Assembly: GCA_031549925.1 (NCBI GenBank)
Contig: JAVBPA010000006.1
Coordinates: forward strand, 1 to 64,000
DNA: 64,000 nucleotides
Direction of reading: 5' to 3'
Source: Eubacteriales bacterium
GTDB lineage: Bacteria; Bacillota; Clostridia; Oscillospirales; CAG-272
Part shown: one piece after another, positions 10,776-19,269 of the stretch
Layout: every line of letters starts with the position of its first letter
Position numbering within the stretch: the first letter of the stretch is position 1
Position numbers and translations under genes: made by a program
Notes under the pieces: model-generated
The model's input: only the letters and a program-made list of their open reading frames with translations
Databases searched by the model: none
What the model was told of the DNA's origin: nothing

Positions 10776-11357
10776 TTATTTAAATAATATCATTCCGCAT
10801 TTGTCGCAATTGTCATTTTCTTTTAAAACGAGTTTTTGGCAAAACTGGCAAATTACATATCTGTCATGACTTTTATCTTCTTTTTCGAGAAGCTTGAAAC
10901 CTTTATGATGCCTGACTTTTTCCCCTCTGTTAAAATAACATAATCTTGCTGATTCATCATCATCTACATCGATGTATTTTATTATTTTTCCATCGTCTCG
11001 CTGAACCGATAGAATAGTTCGGATATATGCAATTTTATGACCTTCTTTATCGAGAGGGTGTTCATGATGCTTCAAAACCATTTTTATTGTCTTTGCGTTT
11101 GTATATTGCTTTTGTTTATCTATTATCAATCCGTCCCATGTCTTGTCAAAGAAAGAAGAAATGTTTAACAAATATGTCAGAGCAGCGATGGCAAACAGAG
11201 GTATTAATAAATAATAATATGTTCCATTTGCAATATAATTAATAATTAACGCAAAGGCTGCGGCAATACAAAATCCATATACGGTTAATTTTATCGTTTT
11301 ATTTCGATTTATATAACTTTTTACCGCTTCTGATTCAATGTTTTTTGAATAAGCCAT
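10776..11357 (-). CDS. Membrane protein (2 TM helices) with a C-terminal CxxC...CxxC zinc ribbon; last gene of the flotillin operon
   Basis: Hydrophobic segments at residues 20-65; C-terminus CQFCQ...CDKCG. Lies 19 bp downstream of the flotillin gene on the same strand. Confidence 0.5.
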   Translation of the reverse strand: MAYSKNIESEAVKSYINRNKTIKLTVYGFCIAAAFALIINYIANGTYYYLLIPLFAIAALTYLLNISSFFDKTWDGLIIDKQKQYTNAKTIKMVLKHHEHPLDKEGHKIAYIRTILSVQRDDGKIIKYIDVDDDESARLCYFNRGEKVRHHKGFKLLEKEDKSHDRYVICQFCQKLVLKENDNCDKCGMILFK

Positions 11358-11376
11358 ATCTTATATTACTATAGAA

Positions 11377-12774
11377 TTATACTTGTTCCGTATTTTCCGG
11401 AAGATTTGCTTTGCCTAAATAGTCCGGAAGCTTCATTCCCGCTAAATCAAACAATTCGTTCAGAGGAGGAACAGATTTGTATAGTCCTTGTATAAAGTTT
11501 GCGGTTGAACTTTTGTCTCCTGTATTGTTTCCGCTGTCCCAAACAGTTACGCGGTCGATTTTGATATTTTTAATAGCTTCTACTTGGATTTTAACTATTT
11601 CTTCAAGTTTATCAGCTACCATTAATCTAATAGCGTCGTCCGCGTGTCCGCCTGCGGCACGCATAATTTCATCGAGACCTTCGGCTTGTTTTGTCAAGGT
11701 CATGCGGATACCGTTTGCTTCCGCTTCGCGTTTTAATAATATGGCGTCTGCTTCACCTTTTGCTTGTATACGCTGGCGTTCGGCAGCTGCTTCGGCTTCG
11801 ATTTCGATTTTTCTTTTTTCGATTTCTGCTTTTACCATAATATCAGCTTCCAAAGAAGCTTTTTCAAATTGCGCACGCGCAACTTCCGCTGCTTGCTGAG
11901 CAATATAAGCTTCTTCTTTTGCTTTTGCTTCTTTAATCATTTCTGCGGCTTTAGCACGGCGAAGGGCTTCAGCTTCTTTTTCGCGTCTTGTCGCATCTGA
12001 ATCCGCTATACGGGCTTTTGCTTCATTTTCTCCTGCTATTGCTTCAGAATCCGATTTTGATACGTTTACACGCTGATCTCGAGTCGCATTAGCAGCTCCG
12101 ATAGCTCCGCGTTTTTCGTTTTCAGCAACCGATACTTTAGCTTCGTTAATAGCTTTTGCAGCTGCTTCTTTACCGAGAGATTCGATATATCCGCTAACAT
12201 CGTTTATATCTGTAACGTTTACGTTAATTAATCTTAATCCGATTTTTTTAAGTTCTGTTTCGACGTTTGATGAAATAGCATCAAGGAATTTATCGCGATC
12301 TGTATTAATTTCTTCAATATCCATTGTGGCAATAATTAGACGGAGCTGTCCGAAAATAATATCTTCTGCCAAATTTTGTATTTCATCATGTTTTAATCCG
12401 AGCAAACGTTCCGCTGCATTTTGCATAATTCCGATTTCAGTTGAAATACCTACAGTAAAACGGGAGGGAACATCTACGCGTATATTTTGTTTTGAAAGTG
12501 CGTTTTTTAAATCAACAGTTATAGATATAGGTGTTAAATCAAGATATTCATATGATTGAAACACCGGCCATATAAAAGCGGCTCCGCCATGAATACATTT
12601 GGCTGATCTTTGAGAACCGTCCTTGTTTGAACCTACTTTACCGTATATAACCATGATTTTATCGGAAGAGCATTTACGGTAGCGTGATAACAGTATAATA
12701 AACGTAGTGAAAATAAGTATCGCTATTACTGTTATTAATGCTAAAGAACTTACATCACCGGGCATTTTTGTCAC
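11377..12774 (-). CDS. floT: Flotillin-like SPFH/band-7 protein (FloT/YqiK type)
   Basis: N-terminal TM helix, an SPFH domain, and a long Ala/Glu-rich coiled coil (EAKAKEEAYIAQQAAEVARAQFEKASLEADIMVKAEIEKRKIEIEAEAAAERQ), which is typical of bacterial flotillins. Confidence 0.85.
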   Translation of the reverse strand: MTKMPGDVSSLALITVIAILIFTTFIILLSRYRKCSSDKIMVIYGKVGSNKDGSQRSAKCIHGGAAFIWPVFQSYEYLDLTPISITVDLKNALSKQNIRVDVPSRFTVGISTEIGIMQNAAERLLGLKHDEIQNLAEDIIFGQLRLIIATMDIEEINTDRDKFLDAISSNVETELKKIGLRLINVNVTDINDVSGYIESLGKEAAAKAINEAKVSVAENEKRGAIGAANATRDQRVNVSKSDSEAIAGENEAKARIADSDATRREKEAEALRRAKAAEMIKEAKAKEEAYIAQQAAEVARAQFEKASLEADIMVKAEIEKRKIEIEAEAAAERQRIQAKGEADAILLKREAEANGIRMTLTKQAEGLDEIMRAAGGHADDAIRLMVADKLEEIVKIQVEAIKNIKIDRVTVWDSGNNTGDKSSTANFIQGLYKSVPPLNELFDLAGMKLPDYLGKANLPENTEQV

Positions 12775-12783
12775 CTCATTATA

Positions 12784-13395
12784 TTAATTTTTAATTTGAA
12801 TTTCTTCAGTATTTAATTTTTTATAAACTCTTTCTACAACCAACATTCCGATACCGTCTGTCGAAACAACTCTTACTATTTCACCTGTTTTTATAGTTTC
12901 CGTATCGTTTGTCATTGCTGAAATTTCTGAATATACTTCTTGTAAAACTATGTTTATTTTACCTGTTCCTTTCATAGCGGCGGGGATTGGTATATAAACT
13001 TGACCTGTTTTACCTATAGCACTCGATAATTCGATATTTCCGTTTGATTGCAGTTTCATTAACAGTTTTATCAATAATGAAATTCCTATAAGAGCTGCTA
13101 CACCGCATAATATTGCTATTATAATTGCTAAAATTTTATTTAACGATGTTTGGAGTAAAGCTATTCCGCTCCATCCTCCTACACAGAGCATCGCAACTAT
13201 TCCTCTTACAGAAAATAAAGCTAAACCATCGTCTCCTGTATCGGGATCTCCATCTGCGTCGGAATCTCCGTTGCCGATTCCAAATAAAAATAACAGTGTC
13301 TGAAGTAGTAATACTACAGTTGACGGGATTGCTATATATGCGAAAATTTTTTGTAAACTGCTAAGTGAATTGTACCATTCCATCATAACAATCAC
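12784..13395 (-). CDS. NfeD-family membrane protein (flotillin-associated)
   Basis: Membrane N-terminus, an acidic DSDADGDPDTGDDG segment, and a C-terminal OB-fold-like GEIVRVVSTDGIGMLVVERV. It sits immediately upstream of the flotillin gene, which is the conserved nfeD-flotillin pairing. Confidence 0.75.
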   Translation of the reverse strand: MIVMMEWYNSLSSLQKIFAYIAIPSTVVLLLQTLLFLFGIGNGDSDADGDPDTGDDGLALFSVRGIVAMLCVGGWSGIALLQTSLNKILAIIIAILCGVAALIGISLLIKLLMKLQSNGNIELSSAIGKTGQVYIPIPAAMKGTGKINIVLQEVYSEISAMTNDTETIKTGEIVRVVSTDGIGMLVVERVYKKLNTEEIQIKN

Positions 13396-14024
13396 CCCTT
13401 CTTCTGTAATATATCAAATAAATTATTAGAATATGCCTGAATTGAAGAAGCATAATAAGCAATTACAATAATTTCAAGCCCCGCGTGCAAACGCCTGCGT
13501 GCTCCAGCCATTTTTTCTACATAATCTTCTGTATATATTTTTATTATGTTTTGCAAAGTTTCGCTTTTATTTATTTTTTCACTTTCATCTTTTGTTTTTT
13601 CTACAATTATATTTTTATTTTCTGACATTAAGCAATCGGTTATGTCACAAATATATCCATAAAGCTGTGATTCCGGAATTATATCGTCTTCCCGGTTGTT
13701 AACGCTTCCGTTTATATATTTTAAGAGGAAATCGATACGCTCAAGCATCAAAGTATCACGCAGCATATTAATAATCAAAATTCTTGCAAGATGGTCTTTA
13801 GTATACTTTTTGTTTACAGTATTGGCTACCCAACCCCGTTTAACCCAATTTTGTAAAGTAGAGCCGTCCACACCGGTTATTTCTCTGATTTGAGAAAGCA
13901 TTATACCGTCAGTTATATAAAAAATTTTATTTAAAAATTCTCTTCCGGTAACGTTTCCCATATCATGTTTTTTCAAAACAGATCCCGGTATGTATTCGTT
14001 ATAAATTCCCAAGTTCAAATTCAA
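13392..14024 (-). CDS. DUF1836-like protein with a putative MerR-like HTH
   Basis: MLSQIREITGVDGSTLQNWVKRGW resembles the HTH segment of DUF1836 proteins. Its stop overlaps the nfeD start (ATGA), indicating co-translation. Confidence 0.4.
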   Translation of the reverse strand: MNLNLGIYNEYIPGSVLKKHDMGNVTGREFLNKIFYITDGIMLSQIREITGVDGSTLQNWVKRGWVANTVNKKYTKDHLARILIINMLRDTLMLERIDFLLKYINGSVNNREDDIIPESQLYGYICDITDCLMSENKNIIVEKTKDESEKINKSETLQNIIKIYTEDYVEKMAGARRRLHAGLEIIVIAYYASSIQAYSNNLFDILQKKG

Positions 14025-14182
14025 TCACCTACTTTCGTATAACCCTTATCAATATTTTACGGATAAACATATTATATAACCGCGCTTCGTTATGATATGA
14101 TTATAGCACACTGTCGCGTGATTGTCAATAGAGTTCATGAAAATATTTAATGTGGTAATCGAATATTATTATTTTATAAAAT

Positions 14183-15181
14183 TTATGAAAAAATATTTTT
14201 TACAGCATCAAGTTTCAAATAACCCTCACCTGCAGTGGGAGCTAAATATCCACCTTCTCCGAATTCATTCCATGCATATATTGTAAGCATTTTTTTATTT
14301 GCTATATTATATGAATCTCCGTTTCGCAACATTTCTTTTATAGTATATAAAATATTTGTCAGCTGTTCATAAGAAGGATTTTCAAATGCAGCTCTCGGAT
14401 CACCCCAAGGACGCGGATTCCATCCCGCCGGAATATAAGGAGCATAAGGAAGCGAAGCATTTTTCCATCCCCGTAAAAATTCAATAGAACCCGAAGCTAG
14501 TTTTTCATATGGATATAATTCTTCTTTTTGCGGATAATCCGGAACCCACATATACGCTCCTACCCAATCGAGGTTTTTATAATATATTTCCTCCGATATA
14601 TCAAAAGGTTTCATTGAAGTTATTCCCGCTCCGATAAGCAGTTCTCCTGCTCCGTTTTTTTGTGCCGTTTCTCTTAAAATATTAATATATTTTTTATATT
14701 TTTGCACCGTTCCGCATTGTGCTTTAAAATAATCATATCCGTGTATTTTAAAAACCGCTTTTCCTTCAATACGTAAATATGAAGGATGTTTCATAATATC
14801 AGTCCAAAAAATACATGTTTGTTTCCAAATTTCGTCATTTGTTAATTCAAAGGGAGGATGATTGCAAAATTCCAAACAAAATTTCATTTTATTATTAAAC
14901 GGAGAATTTAAAAAATTACGGAGTCCGTCATTTAATCGTTTACCGTGAGGATGCCTTTCCGGTTCTTCCACATACCATAAAAATTGAAAATAATCTATTG
15001 CATAATCAGAAGCCGCGATTATTTCCGCGTCCATTGTCTCGGAATCGTTGTACGCACCGAGAAGAGGTATCCTTTCTTTATAATCCATACGCCAGTCTTT
15101 ACCTTTTATTATGTATTTGTTTGGAAGAGGACGCCACCATCCGGAAAAATAATTTACTCCTACAAGAATATTTTTGTCCAT
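14183..15181 (-). CDS. GH99-like (WbsX family) glycoside-hydrolase-like protein
   Basis: The N-terminus ILVGVNYFSGWW and the C-terminus TIYAWNEFGEGGYLAPT resemble the N- and C-terminal signatures of WbsX/GH99 family proteins. The second in-frame ATG was chosen as the start because of its AGAGGT Shine-Dalgarno. Confidence 0.35.
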   Translation of the reverse strand: MDKNILVGVNYFSGWWRPLPNKYIIKGKDWRMDYKERIPLLGAYNDSETMDAEIIAASDYAIDYFQFLWYVEEPERHPHGKRLNDGLRNFLNSPFNNKMKFCLEFCNHPPFELTNDEIWKQTCIFWTDIMKHPSYLRIEGKAVFKIHGYDYFKAQCGTVQKYKKYINILRETAQKNGAGELLIGAGITSMKPFDISEEIYYKNLDWVGAYMWVPDYPQKEELYPYEKLASGSIEFLRGWKNASLPYAPYIPAGWNPRPWGDPRAAFENPSYEQLTNILYTIKEMLRNGDSYNIANKKMLTIYAWNEFGEGGYLAPTAGEGYLKLDAVKNIFS

Positions 15182-15241
15182 TTTTTTACCTCTCATTATT
15201 TAAAACATATATTTAAATATTAAATTTGTTTAATTAATAGC

Positions 15242-15270
15242 TTGACATGTTAAATTAATTATGGTATACT
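15242..15270 (+). promoter_or_regulatory. SigmaA-type promoter for tRNA-Gln (TTGACA, 17-nt spacer, TATACT)
   Basis: TTGACA at 15242-15247, a 17-nt spacer, and TATACT at 15265-15270, about 22 nt upstream of the tRNA 5' end. Confidence 0.55.
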
Positions 15271-15292
15271 AATCAAGCTGTAAAATGCAGAT

Positions 15293-15368
15293 AGGGATAT
15301 AGCCAAGTCGGTAAGGCACAAGACTTTGACTCTTGCACTCGCTGGTTCGAGTCCAGCTATCCCTGCCA
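15293..15368 (+). tRNA. tRNA-Gln (anticodon UUG), with encoded CCA
   Basis: Manually folded cloverleaf: acceptor AGGGATA/TATCCCT, D-arm GCC-AAGTCGGTAA-GGC, anticodon stem CAAGA/TCTTG with loop CTTTGAC (anticodon TTG), T-arm GCTGG-TTCGAGT-CCAGC, discriminator G, then CCA. Confidence 0.85.
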
Positions 15369-15438
15369 ATTTATAATATGTCCGGATTTAACGTTTTATA
15401 TATTTATGAACGGATTATTCGGAATTGTAACATAAAAA

Positions 15439-15480
15439 GCAACGGTTTTCAATGATATAGCCGTTGTTTTTTATTTTTTT
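15439..15480 (+). terminator. Intrinsic terminator downstream of tRNA-Gln
   Basis: GCAACGG...CCGTTG hairpin followed by TTTTTTATTTTTTT. Confidence 0.6.
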
Positions 15481-15672
15481 ATAAAAACCTTTTATCGTTA
15501 TAAATTTTTTGATTTTCTTTTTGCGGATTTTTTTATCAAACTAATATTAAATAAAATTATTCGGTTTAAAATGTTGACAATATCATTTTTCGGTTGTATC
15601 ATTTATTCGGAATTTAAATATTTATCAATAAAAAAGCTATTTATATTTTTATATAAAAATGAGGTAAAAATA

Positions 15673-17541
15673 ATGGTAAATCCGATTTACGCTGCGGGAA
15701 ACGGAAAAGTTATCGCATATTTAAAAGGAGCGGATATTTTTCAATTAATGCTTCCTTGTTATACAGCTCCTACTCTTTTCGAATTAATAAATAAAAACGA
15801 TTATATTACAGATCGTATATACGGTGATATTTATATACATAAAAATGAAAAAGCCGAATTAAAAGATATTACGGTTTCAAATATGCCCGTATTTATGCGT
15901 AATATTTGCGGTAAAGCTGATTTTTCAATAAAAATACATGATTATGTTGATGTTTATGATATATCAAACAGATACGGAATGACAACATTACTCCTAAAAA
16001 TAAAACAGGGAACACCTGTTTATAACACATATCCTTTACCGGAATTTATATATTGCGCTCTCGTTTTACGGGGGGATTTTATAATTGAAAAAAATAATAA
16101 AATTTATAATATATCAATTAACGGAAAAGGATTAATGACCGCAGCCGGCGGATTTACATATTCATCTCTTATCGAAAATTTGGAATATGCGTTAGAACTT
16201 GATTTTACCGAAGCGGAAAGAACCAGACATAAGGATTGGGAAAACTTTTTTAATAAGAGTTATAGCAATATAAAAAAATCAATTGATATAAATAATTTGC
16301 CGGATTCAATACCAAACCGTGAATTATTGCTTGAAACAATAGAATCCACAATGGTTTCAGTTCGCGTTCAGCAGGATTCTTCCGGAGGAGAAATTGCCGG
16401 ATATCCTTATCATTTGGGATATGTACGCGATAATTACGGAGTTATGCGCGGAATGCTTGCTATGGGTATGATAAACGAAGCTGTTGCTTTATTCAAATAT
16501 TTTAATAACGAATATTTGCATACCGGTTTTGTAGCAAATGCTCAGGGATTGGGATTCTTCGGAACAAAACATGTTCATGAAAATGACGATAGTGAAATAA
16601 CAGGTTATCTTACATTGATGTTAACTGATATTCTTCCTTACCTGAATGAAGAAGATAGTGTTAATTTAATAAAAGAAACATATTCGATGGTTATTTGGGC
16701 TATAAAAGCTCAATGCGAAAAATTAATTGATAATATGCTTCCTTTTAACGGGGATGAAACATATATCGCAGGGGGAATTTTACCTCGGGATGTAATGAAT
16801 CACGGTTCCTCAGAAGCTACGCTTTTATTTATAGAAGGTGCGTTACGCGCTTTCGAAGCATTTAAAAAATATGATATATCATATGAGTTTGATATTATAG
16901 ATAAAAATAAAATAACAGAAATCATAAATAAATGCAAAGCTTCTTACAGAAACAATTTTATGCGCGGAAATATATTGATAACTAATAATCCAATCCGTGA
17001 AATGCCTCGCTGGGATGAAATGCCGCGTTTCCGTCATGGAGTTTGTCAAGGCGGCTGCGGTCATTTCGGATGGAGCGAACGAATTTATGATACGCGTTAT
17101 ATATGTCCCAACTGTCAAACGAATGATGAATTCATCAAAAACAGAACTGAACCTAATACTAGTATATACATATTAAAACCCGTCATGCTGATGCCGTATT
17201 TTATAAATTCTGAAATTATTGTTCCTGAAGATTTAAAAGAATCGGTAATAGAAATGGCAAAAGATTTTGATTCAACGGGGACTCTTCCTTCCCGCCCGGA
17301 AGGGAGTATATGTTTGGGTTATGATTACGGTTTGGCTTTGCGTGCGATGAGCGGTATTGATGAAATATCCGAAATAGCTTGGAAACTATATTCACTCGCT
17401 TTAAAAGTTGCGGGAGATACACATGTTTGGAGCGAATATTTTAATAATAACGAAAAAGCAGGCACATTTTATCGTCCGTGGGAAAGTGCAATAAACATTG
17501 AAGGAATTCTTATTTTTATAAAATGGTTTATAAACAAATAA
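15673..17541 (+). CDS. Hypothetical protein, possibly a six-hairpin (alpha/alpha)6 glycosidase-like fold, with a Cys4 insertion
   Basis: Start reassigned to MVNPIYAAG, which has GAGGT 9 nt upstream. Segments such as YPYHLGYVRDNYGVMRGMLAMG and WSEYF are reminiscent of (alpha/alpha)6 glycosidases. A CQGGCGHF...CPNC cluster suggests a zinc-binding insertion. Confidence 0.3.
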   Translation: MVNPIYAAGNGKVIAYLKGADIFQLMLPCYTAPTLFELINKNDYITDRIYGDIYIHKNEKAELKDITVSNMPVFMRNICGKADFSIKIHDYVDVYDISNRYGMTTLLLKIKQGTPVYNTYPLPEFIYCALVLRGDFIIEKNNKIYNISINGKGLMTAAGGFTYSSLIENLEYALELDFTEAERTRHKDWENFFNKSYSNIKKSIDINNLPDSIPNRELLLETIESTMVSVRVQQDSSGGEIAGYPYHLGYVRDNYGVMRGMLAMGMINEAVALFKYFNNEYLHTGFVANAQGLGFFGTKHVHENDDSEITGYLTLMLTDILPYLNEEDSVNLIKETYSMVIWAIKAQCEKLIDNMLPFNGDETYIAGGILPRDVMNHGSSEATLLFIEGALRAFEAFKKYDISYEFDIIDKNKITEIINKCKASYRNNFMRGNILITNNPIREMPRWDEMPRFRHGVCQGGCGHFGWSERIYDTRYICPNCQTNDEFIKNRTEPNTSIYILKPVMLMPYFINSEIIVPEDLKESVIEMAKDFDSTGTLPSRPEGSICLGYDYGLALRAMSGIDEISEIAWKLYSLALKVAGDTHVWSEYFNNNEKAGTFYRPWESAINIEGILIFIKWFINK

Positions 17542-17647
17542 AAATTTTAATTTTTTTTACCGGTTTTACATTTTTATTTTTACACAATTAATTTTTAAAT
17601 ATTTTGTGTTTTTGCACAGCTTTTTTCATGAAATTTTGGAAAAAATG

Positions 17648-17676
17648 TTGACAAATATAAAAAAGTAATATATAAT
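17648..17676 (+). promoter_or_regulatory. Consensus sigmaA promoter of the rpsF-ssb-rpsR operon (TTGACA, 17 nt, TATAAT), followed by a structured leader
   Basis: Exact TTGACA (17648-17653), a 17-nt spacer, and TATAAT (17671-17676). The downstream leader contains the GTTGAC-AAAATGAA-GTCAAC hairpin. Confidence 0.6.
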
Positions 17677-17753
17677 TAATAAGTTGACAAAATGAAGTCA
17701 ACTCCTTGCCGCGGATATTTTACGCGGACATATGTCCATAAGGAGGTTTTAAA

Positions 17754-18236
17754 ATGGCACAAAACAAGGAAAATTTAATGGGGTCCTATGAAACGATATT
17801 CATATGTGATCTTAATTTAGGCGAAGAAGGTGTAAAAAACCTGGTAGCAAAGTTTACAAAAATGATAAGCGATTCCGGAGAACTTACAGGATGCAACGAA
17901 TGGGGTAAACGCCGTTTCGCATATCCTATAAATGATATATCGGAAGGTTATTATGTTTTGGCAACATTTAAAGCACCGCATGAATTTCCGGTTGAACTTC
18001 AGCGTGTATTTAATATCACAGAAGGTATTATGCGTTCTATGATAGTTGCGGTAGATCATGCAAACGCAAACTCGGCGGAAGCAGCGGCAAAAATTAGTAC
18101 ACCGCCTATTGAATTGGTTATTGAAGACGAAGAATCAGGAAATCCTCCCAAACAAGAATATAACGCCAATATTGCAGACAGCTCTCAAAAAGAAATTTCC
18201 GTAGAAGCTGACGAATCTGATGAAATAGACGCCTGA
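17754..18236 (+). CDS. rpsF: 30S ribosomal protein S6
   Basis: MGSYETIFI...WGKRRFAYPINDISEGYYV, with an acidic C-terminal tail. AGGAGG lies 8 nt upstream of the start. Confidence 0.9.
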   Translation: MAQNKENLMGSYETIFICDLNLGEEGVKNLVAKFTKMISDSGELTGCNEWGKRRFAYPINDISEGYYVLATFKAPHEFPVELQRVFNITEGIMRSMIVAVDHANANSAEAAAKISTPPIELVIEDEESGNPPKQEYNANIADSSQKEISVEADESDEIDA

Positions 18237-18259
18237 TTTAGGCGGAGGGTTAAACATCA

Positions 18260-18724
18260 ATGGCAAGCTTAAATAAAGTTATATTGATTGGTCATCTTGT
18301 GGCTGATCCGGAGCTTAAACAAACACAAGCGGGAGTTTATGTTTGTTCATTCCGTATAGGCGTTCAGCGCCGTTACAAAAATCCGGATGGTACTACTGTT
18401 TCCGATTTTCTTGATATTGTAACATGGAGACAGCAGGCAGAATTTGTTACCAAGTACTTTAAAAAAGGAAAAGCTATTTGCGTGGTGGGTTCTGTTCAAA
18501 CAAGAACATGGAATGACCAGCAGGGTAACAAGAGATGGTCTACTGAAATAATAGCGGATGAAGTAAGTTTTGTTGAACGCAGCGATTCCGCGGGCGCACC
18601 GGGCGGTGATCGGTATTCTACCGAAAGCAGTTATTCCGCTCCGCCTTATTCTACAGCTCCGTCAGATAGCAATCAACAGGGAAAATTCATAGATTTGTCC
18701 GCAGACGACGATTTACCGTTCTAG
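18260..18724 (+). CDS. ssb: Single-stranded DNA-binding protein
   Basis: OB-fold core (KVILIGHLVADPELKQT...FLDIVTWRQQAEF...) and a C-terminal acidic DDDLPF tail. Confidence 0.9.
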   Translation: MASLNKVILIGHLVADPELKQTQAGVYVCSFRIGVQRRYKNPDGTTVSDFLDIVTWRQQAEFVTKYFKKGKAICVVGSVQTRTWNDQQGNKRWSTEIIADEVSFVERSDSAGAPGGDRYSTESSYSAPPYSTAPSDSNQQGKFIDLSADDDLPF

Positions 18725-18828
18725 GATAGCTTTTTAAAATTAATTTGTTCGGTGTGTATTAATATACCGGATACAGTTGATTATTTCATAAAATTGTTAA
18801 AGTTTATAATTATGGAGGATTCATATAA

Positions 18829-19107
18829 ATGAATAACGAAAGAGACGGCAGAGACAGCAAAGACGGCGGCCGCAGAGGTTCACGTCCGGGCTTCAATCAC
18901 AGACGCCGTAAAGTATGCGCGTTTTGCACAGATAAAATCGAACATATCGATTATAAAGATATAATGCGTCTCAAAAAATGTATAAGTGAACGTGCGAAGA
19001 TTCTTCCCAGAAGAATTTCCGGTACATGTGCGAAACATCAGCGTCAATTGACTACCGCTATCAAACGCGCACGTCACATCGCATTGCTTCCCTACGTAAG
19101 CGATTAA
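18829..19107 (+). CDS. rpsR: 30S ribosomal protein S18
   Basis: [47 protein letters not shown]; GGAGG RBS. Confidence 0.9.
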   Translation: MNNERDGRDSKDGGRRGSRPGFNHRRRKVCAFCTDKIEHIDYKDIMRLKKCISERAKILPRRISGTCAKHQRQLTTAIKRARHIALLPYVSD

Positions 19108-19269
19108 TTTTTGTTCACAGGAAATTGTATAATTTTAAAGCCATGAATAAATGTTTTCTTATTTTATTTGTATCTTTGATTTTATATTAAAATTTTACTT
19201 TACTAATTAAATATAAATAAAAGCTCCGATACAATTGTTTTTAATTGTGTAAGAGCTTTTTTTTGCGGT

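Noticed and set aside
11477-12559. Plus-strand ORFs (140, 78 and 77 aa) inside the flotillin gene
   Set aside because: Antisense translations of the Ala/Glu-rich coiled-coil region, low-complexity artefacts.
19200-19262. Possible terminator after rpsR (AGCTC...GAGCT plus T8)
   Set aside because: The stem is only 5 bp with a roughly 25-nt loop. The T-run is convincing but the hairpin is too weak to call as a feature.
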